From positions 1,503-65,502 of the forward strand of contig JAFWTK010000223.1 in the NCBI GenBank assembly GCA_017518935.1: a stretch of 64,000 bases of DNA, given 5' to 3'. Under the pieces are notes generated by a model that was not told where the DNA came from, did no database searches, and saw nothing but the letters and a program-made list of their open reading frames with translations. Source of the stretch: Prevotella sp. (GTDB taxonomy: Bacteria; Bacteroidota; Bacteroidia; Bacteroidales; Bacteroidaceae). Positions 30,979-41,392 of the stretch are shown here, one piece after another (the first letter of the stretch is position 1; each line of letters starts with the position of its first letter). Made by a program: the position numbers and the translations under genes.

Positions 30979-33900
30979 ATGAACAAAACTTTTAGGAAAA
31001 CAGCGCTGTTGGTGGGTGCATTCTCCTTATTGGGATTATGCTATTCACCCAAAGCCTATGCCGCTGACGCCGTACAGGATGTGCAGCAGGCAAAGAAGAT
31101 TACAGGTACTGTAGTCGATGCTTCTGGTCCCGTCATAGGAGCCAGTGTTGTCGTGAAAGGAACTGCGAACGGTGTAGCCACCGATTTTGACGGAAACTTC
31201 ACGCTGAACGCCAGCCCAGGTCAGACCCTGGTTGTTTCTTACATTGGCTATCTGAACAAGGAAGTAAAGATCACAGCCAATCAGACTAACTATGAGATTA
31301 CCATCGAGGAAGACAAGCAGATGCTTGACGAAGTGGTGGTCGTCGGTTACGGTACGATGAAGAAGAGTGATTTGGCTGGTGCCACAAGTTCCATGGACGA
31401 AAAGAAGATGAAGGGCTCGATTATCACCAATCTTGATCAAGCCTTTGCTGGCCGTGTAGCCGGTGTGACCTCCATGTCTACCTCAGGTGCCCCTGGTTCC
31501 AGCACCTCTATTCGTGTACGTGGTCAGGCGACCATCAATGCCGGTGCAGAACCTCTCTACGTCATAGATGGTGTTATTTGGAATAATAGCAATTCCTCTG
31601 GTGCATCAGTGGGTCTGGGTGACCGCTTAGGAAATGGCTCTGTTTCATCCGTGTCTCCCCTTTCCACCATAAACCCCAATGACATCGTGTCTATGGAAAT
31701 ACTGAAGGACGCCTCTGCCACTGCCATTTACGGTGCTCAAGGCGCAAATGGTGTTGTGCTGATTACCACCAAACATGGTAAGAGCGGTGAAGCAAAATTC
31801 AGTTACGATGGTATGGTTGCCTGGCAACGCCAAACGAAGCGCATTGACATGCTCAACCTGCGTGAGTTTGCTGATTTTTATAATGACATGGTAGCCCAAG
31901 GTAGTGCGAAAGAAGATGAGAGCCTGAGTGATCCCAGCCTGTTAGGTAAGGGTACCAACTGGCAGGATGCCATCTTCCGCACAGCCCTTCAGCACCAGCA
32001 TCAGGTGAGTGCACAGGGTGGTACAGATGCCATTAAGTATTATGTCAGTGCCAACTATATGGATCAAGATGGTACTATCATCGGATCGTACTTCAAGCGT
32101 AATGGCGCCCGTATCAATCTGGATGCGCAACTGAAGCCTTGGCTGAAACTCGGTGTGAACGCAACCTATTCTCATACTTCTGAGAAACTGCTGAAAGCCG
32201 ACCAGGACGAAGGCGTCATCACCTATGCCCTGACCACCCCGCCCTACCAGCCTATCTATGACATCGAAGGGGGCTACACCTCTGTATCCCGTGAAGGTAT
32301 GAGCAACCCCAACCCAGTTGCTATGGCTCTGATGAACGACTATTGTTACAAGCGTAATCTGCTGAATGGTAACATCTTCGCTGATGTTACATTCTACAAG
32401 GGATTGGTTTGGCATACTGAACTGGGTTATAATTTCAACTGGGACCGTGCTTCTACATTCGAGCCTACCGTTAACCTCGGTAACTGGACTAAGAACCAGA
32501 ACCAAGCACGTCTGCAGAAAACCACAGGACAATTTATCCAAATCAAGAATTACCTGACTTATAACGGACAGATTGGCAAGCATGGTTTCTCGGCCATGGT
32601 TGGTCAAGAGTGCTGGGAAAGCAAGTGGGACTATGTGAGTGTCTACAATACAGACCTGCCCGCCAACAGCATTCAGAATCCTTCGCTGGGAACCGGTGAG
32701 GCTCAAATTGGCTCAGGATTTGGTTCTGCAGCCATGTCATCGTTCTTTACCCGCGAGACCTACAACTTCGATGACCGTTATCTCCTGACCTACACCTTCC
32801 GTCGCGATGGTAGTTCGAACTTCGGTCCCGATATGCGCTGGGGTTCGTTCCACTCTTTTGCCGGTGCCTGGCGTTTCTCCAACGAGGCCTTCATCAAGAA
32901 CTTTGCCGAGAAGTGGCTCTCCAACGGTAAACTGCGTATCGGCTGGGGACAGACGGGTAACTCGAACATCGGTGGTGGCAAGTGGGCCTCCGACCTTTCT
33001 GTCATGGAATCAGGTCTTGGAACGTCACAGCGCCCCGCCCGTATCGCTAACAGCGAGATTCACTGGGAGAAACAAGAGCAGACCAATATTGGTCTCGACC
33101 TCGGTTTCTTCGACAACAAGATTAACATTACCGTCGACTGGTATAAGAAGATTTCCGACGACATGCTTATGCCTATGCAACTTCCGTCATATATGGGTAC
33201 GAGCGGTAATGGTTCTTCAGCCCTTGCAGCACCTTGGGGCAACTATGGCAAGATTGAGAATACTGGTCTTGAACTGACCGTTAGCACACACCCCATTTCT
33301 ACCAAGGACTTCTCATGGGACTCAGAATTTGAAATCTCCTGGAACAAGAATAAACTCAAGGAATTAGCCGGTACGGCCAGTGCTTCGATCTATGGCTATG
33401 GCATGTGGACAGATATCGTATCGAAGAGTGACGTTGGTCAGCCTTTATTCCAGTTCTATGGCTATGTTACCGACGGTATATACACAAGTTTGGAAGATAT
33501 CCAGACCAGTGCAAAGCCTGTAGCCTACAACAATGCAGGTTTCAACCGCTCCAACACCGTATGGGTAGGTGATATCAAGTATAAAGACTTGAACAGCGAC
33601 GGTGTCATCGACGAGAACGACCGTACCTACATTGGTAATCCCATGCCTAAATATACTTTTGGTTGGACCAATACCTTCCGCTATAAGGATTTCGACCTGA
33701 CCATATTCGTCAATGGTTCTTACGGTAACAAGGTTTTCAACTACCTGCGTATGAAACTCGATGGCATGAACAGTGTATGGCAGAATCAGGCCGCTTCTGT
33801 GAAGAACCGTTCTGTCATCACTCCCATTGATGCCAACAAGGACTATTCTAACGGATATCTTGGCAACAACTCTGGTATGGTATGGAACTGGTACGATGAT

Positions 33901-34251
33901 ATTGACAACGTACAGGTGGTTAACCCTAACAGTTTGCCTGCTGTTCGTCTGAACGACCCGAACAATAACCGTCGCATCAGCGACCGTTATGTTGAAAACG
34001 GCAGTTATTTGCGTTTAAAGAATATTACTTTAGGCTACACGTTGCCAAAGAAGTGGACTCGCAAAATGTATTTAGACAATTTACGTATATATTGCAACAT
34101 CCAGAACTTGTTCACTATCACAGGCTATGATGGATATGATCCTGAGGTCGGTGCTTCTACCGCAGATACCAATGGCTATGTATATGGTCTTGACAACGGA
34201 CGTTACCCATCACCTACTGTTTACTCATTTGGTCTTAACATATCATTCTAA
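30979..34251 (+). CDS. SusC TonB-dependent transporter
   Basis: Motifs EVVVVGYG, ILKDASATAIYGAQGANGVVLITTK and ISDRYVENGSYLR; C-terminal Phe. Confidence 0.96.
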   Translation: MNKTFRKTALLVGAFSLLGLCYSPKAYAADAVQDVQQAKKITGTVVDASGPVIGASVVVKGTANGVATDFDGNFTLNASPGQTLVVSYIGYLNKEVKITANQTNYEITIEEDKQMLDEVVVVGYGTMKKSDLAGATSSMDEKKMKGSIITNLDQAFAGRVAGVTSMSTSGAPGSSTSIRVRGQATINAGAEPLYVIDGVIWNNSNSSGASVGLGDRLGNGSVSSVSPLSTINPNDIVSMEILKDASATAIYGAQGANGVVLITTKHGKSGEAKFSYDGMVAWQRQTKRIDMLNLREFADFYNDMVAQGSAKEDESLSDPSLLGKGTNWQDAIFRTALQHQHQVSAQGGTDAIKYYVSANYMDQDGTIIGSYFKRNGARINLDAQLKPWLKLGVNATYSHTSEKLLKADQDEGVITYALTTPPYQPIYDIEGGYTSVSREGMSNPNPVAMALMNDYCYKRNLLNGNIFADVTFYKGLVWHTELGYNFNWDRASTFEPTVNLGNWTKNQNQARLQKTTGQFIQIKNYLTYNGQIGKHGFSAMVGQECWESKWDYVSVYNTDLPANSIQNPSLGTGEAQIGSGFGSAAMSSFFTRETYNFDDRYLLTYTFRRDGSSNFGPDMRWGSFHSFAGAWRFSNEAFIKNFAEKWLSNGKLRIGWGQTGNSNIGGGKWASDLSVMESGLGTSQRPARIANSEIHWEKQEQTNIGLDLGFFDNKINITVDWYKKISDDMLMPMQLPSYMGTSGNGSSALAAPWGNYGKIENTGLELTVSTHPISTKDFSWDSEFEISWNKNKLKELAGTASASIYGYGMWTDIVSKSDVGQPLFQFYGYVTDGIYTSLEDIQTSAKPVAYNNAGFNRSNTVWVGDIKYKDLNSDGVIDENDRTYIGNPMPKYTFGWTNTFRYKDFDLTIFVNGSYGNKVFNYLRMKLDGMNSVWQNQAASVKNRSVITPIDANKDYSNGYLGNNSGMVWNWYDDIDNVQVVNPNSLPAVRLNDPNNNRRISDRYVENGSYLRLKNITLGYTLPKKWTRKMYLDNLRIYCNIQNLFTITGYDGYDPEVGASTADTNGYVYGLDNGRYPSPTVYSFGLNISF

Positions 34252-34271
34252 TATATAATTAAGGTATCACT

Positions 34272-36050
34272 ATGAAACTATATAATTTCAAATCAATAGC
34301 ATGTATTGCCTTCATGGGACTGGCACTATCATCATGTGATGACTATCTGGACAGACCCACAGAGGACGGCTATGACACCTCTAACTATTACAGCAACGAT
34401 GCGCAGTGTCGTGCAGGTGTCAACTATCTGTATAACTCACCCTGGTACGATTTTATGCGCGGCTTCTTTAAAGTCGGTGAGGTCATGGCAGGAAACTACT
34501 ACTGGGGCAGTTCACCCTATCTGACCTTCACACTCGATGGTTCAGATCAGGACTTGGCAAACATGAGTGCTTCACTATGGTCTGTCAACACCCACGCCTC
34601 TACCGTTTATACGAATATTAAGAATGCTACGGCTGGCGCAAGTGAAACAGTCAAGAATGCCACCATGGGTGAATGTCTGACCTGGAAGGCTCTGGCTTAT
34701 TTCTATATGGTACGTTCGTTTGGTGCAGTACCTATTATTCATGATCCTGCGGCAGTTATCAATGCTCAGCAGTCAACAGGATTGCACAAGGCCAAAATCA
34801 GCAATGTCTATGACTACATCATTATCTTGCTGGAGAAAGCGATTGAGTTACTGCCTGAGAAGGATCCAACCAGGACTGGTCGTATCGACAAGTACGCTGC
34901 CAAGGCTCTATTAGCCAAGGTTTACCTGACGAAGGCAGGTTTCAGCGAGAGCAATACCACCTACAACCCCGGTACTTATAGTTACATCACTTGTACTGCT
35001 CACCAGCGTAACAGTGCCGATCTGGCCAAGGCTGCAGAGTTGGCTCTCGATGTCATTGAGAATAGTGGACGTAAGTTGATGGAGAGTTATCCTGACATCT
35101 TCCGCGGCGAGAACAACGTTTGTGACGAGGCATTGATCTCTTGGGCCTGGACCATGGGTGCCCACTGGACTTGCCAGAACTCATTCCAAAGTGACCTTGC
35201 CATCGAAGGTTTCGATGAAAACGGTGACTGCTGGGGTGGCTGGGGTGGTCCCTCTGTTGATCTGCAGGATGCCTTTAATGAGAATGCTCTGAGTCTTACC
35301 CGCCAGAATGTGGACGACCGTCGTAAGGCTGCGCTGATGATGGTAGGCGACCATTATGATTATTTCTGGGCTGACTGCGGCGGTTTCGAGATGGTGAAGT
35401 ATTGCTACGGCGGTTATGCAGACAACGGTGCTCCTGGTCCTGGTCAGTGGGAAAGTCCTACTGGTGCCTGTGAGGTCAAACACCTTTACGGCAACAACGC
35501 CGACCACACCCGTTTCTACGGCAGTCCTGCTGGACGTATGGCCTACGCTCTATGGACTCATCTACTGCGCCTGGCCGATGTCTATCTGATTTACTGTGAG
35601 GCTGCTATGGGCACTAACACATCTACAACCGATCCGAAGATCCTCGACATCTTCTATCAGGTACGCCACCGTTCTGTGAAGGGTTATGAAATGCCTACTT
35701 CACTCACATGGGAGGATATTTGGAAGGAGCGTCGTCTGGAACTCGCTTGCGAAGGCGACCGCTGGTACGATTATGTCCGTCGTTACTACTATGATCCTCA
35801 GGGAGCCATCGACGAGATTAAAGGTCAGCGTCGTAATGAGTATTATGCTTTGAACGATCTCTATAAGACCTATTATGAGAGCGGTGCCTTCACCGTAGAC
35901 CCTTCTAAGCATTTGTACAACAATACTATTGCTGCTCCTAATGTCACAGATCGTAGTTTTACCATTCCTCTGCCTTCTGCAGATATCTCCTACAACCCGC
36001 TGTTGATGGAAGCCCCAGAAGACTATGACTTAAGTGGAATCTCATTCTAA
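34272..36050 (+). CDS. SusD lipoprotein
   Basis: Lipobox LSSC; motifs LLRLADVYL and ERRLELACEGDRWYD. Confidence 0.95.
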   Translation: MKLYNFKSIACIAFMGLALSSCDDYLDRPTEDGYDTSNYYSNDAQCRAGVNYLYNSPWYDFMRGFFKVGEVMAGNYYWGSSPYLTFTLDGSDQDLANMSASLWSVNTHASTVYTNIKNATAGASETVKNATMGECLTWKALAYFYMVRSFGAVPIIHDPAAVINAQQSTGLHKAKISNVYDYIIILLEKAIELLPEKDPTRTGRIDKYAAKALLAKVYLTKAGFSESNTTYNPGTYSYITCTAHQRNSADLAKAAELALDVIENSGRKLMESYPDIFRGENNVCDEALISWAWTMGAHWTCQNSFQSDLAIEGFDENGDCWGGWGGPSVDLQDAFNENALSLTRQNVDDRRKAALMMVGDHYDYFWADCGGFEMVKYCYGGYADNGAPGPGQWESPTGACEVKHLYGNNADHTRFYGSPAGRMAYALWTHLLRLADVYLIYCEAAMGTNTSTTDPKILDIFYQVRHRSVKGYEMPTSLTWEDIWKERRLELACEGDRWYDYVRRYYYDPQGAIDEIKGQRRNEYYALNDLYKTYYESGAFTVDPSKHLYNNTIAAPNVTDRSFTIPLPSADISYNPLLMEAPEDYDLSGISF

Positions 36051-36070
36051 CCTATTAAATAAGAACAAAT

Positions 36071-37393
36071 ATGAAATACAATAAAATATTTAGCAGTCTG
36101 CTTCTGGCCGTAACTGTAGTTTGCAGTTTCTCGCTACAATCTTGTAAGGACCAGCCCGACGAATTTGAGTTGAGTGGTGGCGTTCCTACCATCCATTACA
36201 TTCGTCCTGCTAAGGCCAGTGCCTCAGACTCCCTGCTTGTCCAGGCTTATCCTCAGGCAACCATATGCCTCGTCGGTGAGAATCTGACCAGCATCAAGGA
36301 GATTTACTTCAATGACAAGAAGGCCATCCTGAACACTAGTTACATTACTGAGAACACCCTGATTGTTCAGGTGCCCAGCGAAATTCCAGGCCTTGTTACT
36401 GACAAGATCTACATGTACACCTCTGACGGTCAGAAGGTAGAGTACGATTTCCACATTGTCATCCCCGCACCAGTAGTTACTGCCATGAAGAATGAGTGGA
36501 CAAGAATTGGAGAGGATGCAGTCATTACTGGTCAGTACTTTATTGACGACCCCAACCAGCCTCTAACAGTGACCTTCACTAGTATCAGCAATTCTACCAC
36601 TATTAAGGTTCCTGCCGAGAACTTCAAATCAATTACACATTCACAGATTGTATTCAAAGTGCCAGAGGGTGTTGAGGAAGGACAGATTGAAGTTGCTTCC
36701 ATCTATGGTAAGGGCATGTCTAAGTTCTACTTCCACGACAGCCGCAACCTTATCACGAACTTCGACGGCGCTACAGATGTTGTACCACAGGGTTGGAACA
36801 TTGCCGCAACCTATAGTGATGAGAATGGTATTGATGGTAAGTATGTTCAGGTTGGACCTGCTGAAACTGAAGGTGGATGGATAGAGGAACTCAAACTCCC
36901 ATTCTGGTGCGGTAACTGGAATGGCGATCCTATGAGTATCACCTCAGGACCAGGTATCCCTCTGCGCAACTTCCTGGATTTCTCTGATTGGCAGAACATG
37001 TCATTCAAGATGGAACTCTATATTCCAAAGTCAAATCCATGGTCGGCAGGTGCCATGCAGATTCTCTTTGTGAACAATCTACAGTGCGCAAACGACTCTT
37101 GGCAGAACAATACTTACATCCACACTAGTGCCGATGGTGGTCTTGACTTGCCACGCGCCCTCTATCGTCCTTGGGAGACTACTGGTTCATTTGATACTGG
37201 CGACGAGTGGATTACAGTAACAATTCCTCTTACAGATTTTGTCTACAACGATGATGGAACTAAGGTTAGTACGACAATGAGCGAAAGTTCGTTCGACAGC
37301 TTCATTATCTGGCCTATCAATGGCGGTGTTGCTGGAACAGTTTGCACTCCTATCTTCCGCTATGACAATATACGTGTTGTTCCCAATCTCTAA
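36071..37393 (+). CDS. Surface glycan-binding lipoprotein (IPT domains plus C-terminal CBM-like domain)
   Basis: Lipobox LQSC, Ig/IPT-like repeats and a Trp-rich C-terminus (WITVTIPL...YDNIRVVP) in the SusE-like position. Confidence 0.75.
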   Translation: MKYNKIFSSLLLAVTVVCSFSLQSCKDQPDEFELSGGVPTIHYIRPAKASASDSLLVQAYPQATICLVGENLTSIKEIYFNDKKAILNTSYITENTLIVQVPSEIPGLVTDKIYMYTSDGQKVEYDFHIVIPAPVVTAMKNEWTRIGEDAVITGQYFIDDPNQPLTVTFTSISNSTTIKVPAENFKSITHSQIVFKVPEGVEEGQIEVASIYGKGMSKFYFHDSRNLITNFDGATDVVPQGWNIAATYSDENGIDGKYVQVGPAETEGGWIEELKLPFWCGNWNGDPMSITSGPGIPLRNFLDFSDWQNMSFKMELYIPKSNPWSAGAMQILFVNNLQCANDSWQNNTYIHTSADGGLDLPRALYRPWETTGSFDTGDEWITVTIPLTDFVYNDDGTKVSTTMSESSFDSFIIWPINGGVAGTVCTPIFRYDNIRVVPNL

Positions 37394-37411
37394 TCAATTA
37401 AATAAACGACA

Positions 37412-39847
37412 ATGAAAAAGATATATAAATTATTCACCCTGTTTGCGGTGGCCCTTATGGGGCTATCGCTGACAGCGTGCAGCGAAGACGATTTGGACAC
37501 CAACCAGTATAAGGGCGGTGTATCGTTGAATGTATACGGCCCGTCGCCGGTCATGCGTGGCGGTCAGTTACGTTTCCTGGGAAGCAATCTCGACCAGATT
37601 GCACAGGTAGAGATCCCCGGTGTGGCTCCAATTACCAATATTCAGGTTGTTCAGGCAGGCGTTCCCAGCGAGATTCGTATTACCGTCCCCAAGGACGGTC
37701 CTCTGCCGGGTCTGATAACGCTGGTGACAAAGACCAACGAGCGCATCACCACCAAGACAGAAGTGAACTACGAGGAAGGCATTGAGATTACAAGTTTCCC
37801 AGTTTCAGCCATGCCTGGCGATGTCATTAAGATTGAAGGCGACTATTTGAATCTTATCTACTCCATAGCATTTGCTGATAACGTCGTCATTGGTGAAAAC
37901 GATTTCGTCTCTCATGACCGCTATTACCTTGAAGTAATCGTCCCAGAGGAGGCCAAGACCGGCAAGTTGGAACTCTACACTGCCGACCTGACCACAATCG
38001 ACAAGTCAAAGGTAGAGTATCAGATTATCCAGACAGAAAAGGCTATTATGATTGGTTCTCCGACCATCTCTGCCTTAGAAGGTCGTGACAAGGCCGAGCC
38101 ACTTGGCACCATCACTGCCAAGGCTGGTGAGAAGATCACTGTTACCGGTACATATCTCAACTTAGCGAAAGATGTGACAATCGGTGGTGTCAGTGCTGTT
38201 GATCTGAAGATTAGCAATGACGGCACAGGTATCATGTTTACCCTACCGGCAGATGCACCTGATGGTGATATCATCATCGTCTGCAAATCTGGCGTGGAAG
38301 TTCCCGTAGGTAAGTTGAATACAGTGAAACCGACCGAATGTGTGGCTGCTCCTAATCCCGTAAAGGCAGGTAAGTCACTGACCATCAGCGGTAAGGACAT
38401 GGATCTCATCAACGCTGTCGAGTTCGATGGTACTGATGCTGTTACTGGCGAAGGCATAACCGTTAATGCCGATAAGGTCGTTATCAAAGAAGTTCCTGAA
38501 AAGGCAACAGAGGGTAACCTGAGATTAGTGATGGCCAACGGTCAGCGTATTGAGGTCGCCTTCACACTAGTGAAGCCTACTATCACTTCTTACAATACCA
38601 ATCCTGCCAGTGCCGGTTCTCCGCTGAAGATTACTGGTACCGACCTTGACCTGGTGAAGAGCATCACCTTCGGTGAAGCCAAGAACGATGATGACAAATT
38701 TGAAGTGAGCGCTAACGGAAAGACTATTACTGTCACCGTTCCGATGGCCGCTACCTCCGGTAAGCCACAATTCAATTTGGCTAACGGCACTTCTGTCGAA
38801 GGTGCTGAACTTCAGATTAAAGAGGCTGTATTCTGCTACTTCACAGAACTGCCTGCTGATGATGCCGAACTGAAAGCCGGTGAATCTTTCGTGCTGCCAG
38901 TTGCTAATGGTGATAAGTTGACAGGTGTTGAGATTAACGGTGAGGCATGCCAATACGTAATAACCAGCAATAACCAACTCATCATAGGTATTCCAACCAC
39001 TGCCAAGAAAGGCTCTAAGGTTCGTCTGATCTCTTCTAATGGTGAGATTACCTATACCTTCGATTTCATCCCCAACACTGAAGTAACAACTGTTCTGTGG
39101 ACAGGTCAGGCTGTTGCAGATGACTGGAAAGACCAGCCATACGTTCTTTCCGATGGTGGTAAGGAACTAACAGATGCCGGTGTTGTTGCAGGCGACATCA
39201 TCACTTTCCACATCACTCCTCTTGAAGCAGCCTGGAAGATTCAGTTTGTTGAGGGTCACTGGGGTCCAACCTATGCAAGCATTTGCAGTATTGGCAACGA
39301 CACGGAAGGTGGCAAGTTCACTGAGTACGACCTTGATGCCAATAAGGGCAATTACAGCATTGAAGTGACTCAGGCGATGCTTGACGCTGCATTCACTCAA
39401 CAGTGGTGGGGTGGAGTCTTCGTGCTGAATGGCGACAATGTTGTCATTGACAAGATTACCACTACTCACTATAACAGCCTGGAGACCACCCTTTGGGAAG
39501 GCGAGGCTGTTGCTGATAACTGGGGTGGCCAGCCATACATCCTTAGCGATGGTGGAACAGAACTACTTGCTGCAGGCATGAAGGTCGGTTCAATTATCCG
39601 CTGTTATCTCACAGCAACCGACGCTTCATGGAACTGCCAGATTGTCGATGGTCACTGGAATCCCAACACCCCCTTTGAGGGCTGTGACTTCAGTTCAGGC
39701 AACTGGAATTTGGCTGAACATAATGGAGCCATCGAATTCACCGTTACCGATTATATTTATGAGCATATCACCACATCTGGTGGTTGGGGCGGTTCGTTCC
39801 TGCTCAATGGTGATAATGTCATCTGTACCAAGGTTACTATAGAATAA
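37412..39847 (+). CDS. Surface lipoprotein with multiple IPT/TIG domains and two C-terminal Trp-rich repeats
   Basis: Lipobox LTAC; repeated GxxxxIxGxxLxxxxxxxF IPT motifs; duplicated ~125-aa C-terminal module. Confidence 0.75.
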   Translation: MKKIYKLFTLFAVALMGLSLTACSEDDLDTNQYKGGVSLNVYGPSPVMRGGQLRFLGSNLDQIAQVEIPGVAPITNIQVVQAGVPSEIRITVPKDGPLPGLITLVTKTNERITTKTEVNYEEGIEITSFPVSAMPGDVIKIEGDYLNLIYSIAFADNVVIGENDFVSHDRYYLEVIVPEEAKTGKLELYTADLTTIDKSKVEYQIIQTEKAIMIGSPTISALEGRDKAEPLGTITAKAGEKITVTGTYLNLAKDVTIGGVSAVDLKISNDGTGIMFTLPADAPDGDIIIVCKSGVEVPVGKLNTVKPTECVAAPNPVKAGKSLTISGKDMDLINAVEFDGTDAVTGEGITVNADKVVIKEVPEKATEGNLRLVMANGQRIEVAFTLVKPTITSYNTNPASAGSPLKITGTDLDLVKSITFGEAKNDDDKFEVSANGKTITVTVPMAATSGKPQFNLANGTSVEGAELQIKEAVFCYFTELPADDAELKAGESFVLPVANGDKLTGVEINGEACQYVITSNNQLIIGIPTTAKKGSKVRLISSNGEITYTFDFIPNTEVTTVLWTGQAVADDWKDQPYVLSDGGKELTDAGVVAGDIITFHITPLEAAWKIQFVEGHWGPTYASICSIGNDTEGGKFTEYDLDANKGNYSIEVTQAMLDAAFTQQWWGGVFVLNGDNVVIDKITTTHYNSLETTLWEGEAVADNWGGQPYILSDGGTELLAAGMKVGSIIRCYLTATDASWNCQIVDGHWNPNTPFEGCDFSSGNWNLAEHNGAIEFTVTDYIYEHITTSGGWGGSFLLNGDNVICTKVTIE

Positions 39848-39859
39848 TAAAATACTATC

Positions 39860-41389
39860 ATGATTATGAAACTGAAGAATATTATTAATACATTGTCTCT
39901 TGCAGCCGTGGCGTTCCTCGCCACAGGCTGTCAGGACACGGATGCCCAGATCGACATCGTTGAGGTTGATGCTCCCATTCTCGTAAGTGCGGCTCCTTCA
40001 ACAGATAGTCCATTGCTCTATGGTGAGGCTACCATCACGGTAACATTCGACAAGAACATTGGCTTTGCCACGAAAAATACCAGTCTGATCACTCTCAACG
40101 GCAAACCCGTGAAGAAAGCGCAGGTCGTCGGTATCAGCAACACACTGACCATCACGGCCGATGTTGACTTCAACAAGACACAAGCGCTTCACATCCCCGC
40201 CGGTGTAATTGTCGGGCCTCAGAGCAAGACTTATGACCAGGCCATCGATTACACCTGGAGTGTCAAAGAACTGGGCAGCAATGAGGCAACAGCCATCACT
40301 CAGAAACTGGGTTGGGGCTGGAACTTCGGTAACCACTTTGACACCTCTAATACGCAGTGGGGATACTGGGACGGTATTAGCCAAGTCACCGCAGCACCTT
40401 TCCAGAAACTGGCTGCTGCCGGTGCCAAGACCGTACGTATGCCAGCGACATGGACTAACCACATGGACGACAGCAACGTCATCAGCGCTGCTTATCTCGA
40501 TGAGGTGGCAGGTGCAGTAGACCTGGCTCTTGCTGCAGGACTGAACGTCATCCTGAATACCCACCACGATAGTTTCGAGACTGATCTTGGCAACGCTGCA
40601 GGTAATGCCGAGATTGCCAAGAAAGACTCTACCATCATCGCTGATCTGTGGAAACAGGTGGCCACCCGTTTTGCCAATTATGGCGACCAACTCATCTTCG
40701 AGTGCTTTAACGAGATTCATGCTGGTGACAACTGGGGGGCTGGTTCAGATGCTGAAAACGCTCTACTGAATGCCTGGAACCAGTATGCAGTGGATGCCAT
40801 CCGTAGCACTGGCGGTAACAACGCTACTCGTTGGATTGCCGTTGCCGGTTATGCAGCCAATATTGATCAGACCATTGCTCATCTTGTACTGCCTAACGAC
40901 CCGGCTAATCGTCTTATCGTGGCCGTTCACTGCTATGATCCCTACAACTTCTGTCTGGCCCCCGTGTCCTCTGACACAAACAGTTGGGGACACAATGCTG
41001 AGGCTGGCCATTCTGTCGACGGTGCCAATGAGGAATATATCCTAAAGCAACTCTACAAACTGCGCACGGCTTACATTGAGAAAGGAATCCCCTGCTACTT
41101 AGGTGAGTATGGCTGCGTATGGCATACAACCGAGCGTGCCAATGCTTTCCGTAAGTACTATCTGGAATTCTTCTGCCGAGCAGCCAACCTCGCCGGCATT
41201 CCCATGATGGTATGGGACAACAACGGTAAGGCTACCGGTGGTGATGAGGAGAACGGCTATATCAACCACGCTACTGGCGAGTACATTGGTGATCCAGAGA
41301 TCATTCCTATGATGATCAAGGCCTGCACCAGCAACGACGACACCTATTGGTTCGACACCATTTGGAGCCATTCACCCGCAGCAGAATAG
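39860..41389 (+). CDS. GH5 endo-glycanase lipoprotein with N-terminal Ig-like domain
   Basis: Motifs GWNFGN, VRMP, NTHHD, FECFNE (acid/base), VHCY, LGEYG (nucleophile) and WDN. Confidence 0.9.
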   Translation: MIMKLKNIINTLSLAAVAFLATGCQDTDAQIDIVEVDAPILVSAAPSTDSPLLYGEATITVTFDKNIGFATKNTSLITLNGKPVKKAQVVGISNTLTITADVDFNKTQALHIPAGVIVGPQSKTYDQAIDYTWSVKELGSNEATAITQKLGWGWNFGNHFDTSNTQWGYWDGISQVTAAPFQKLAAAGAKTVRMPATWTNHMDDSNVISAAYLDEVAGAVDLALAAGLNVILNTHHDSFETDLGNAAGNAEIAKKDSTIIADLWKQVATRFANYGDQLIFECFNEIHAGDNWGAGSDAENALLNAWNQYAVDAIRSTGGNNATRWIAVAGYAANIDQTIAHLVLPNDPANRLIVAVHCYDPYNFCLAPVSSDTNSWGHNAEAGHSVDGANEEYILKQLYKLRTAYIEKGIPCYLGEYGCVWHTTERANAFRKYYLEFFCRAANLAGIPMMVWDNNGKATGGDEENGYINHATGEYIGDPEIIPMMIKACTSNDDTYWFDTIWSHSPAAE

Positions 41390-41392
41390 CGC

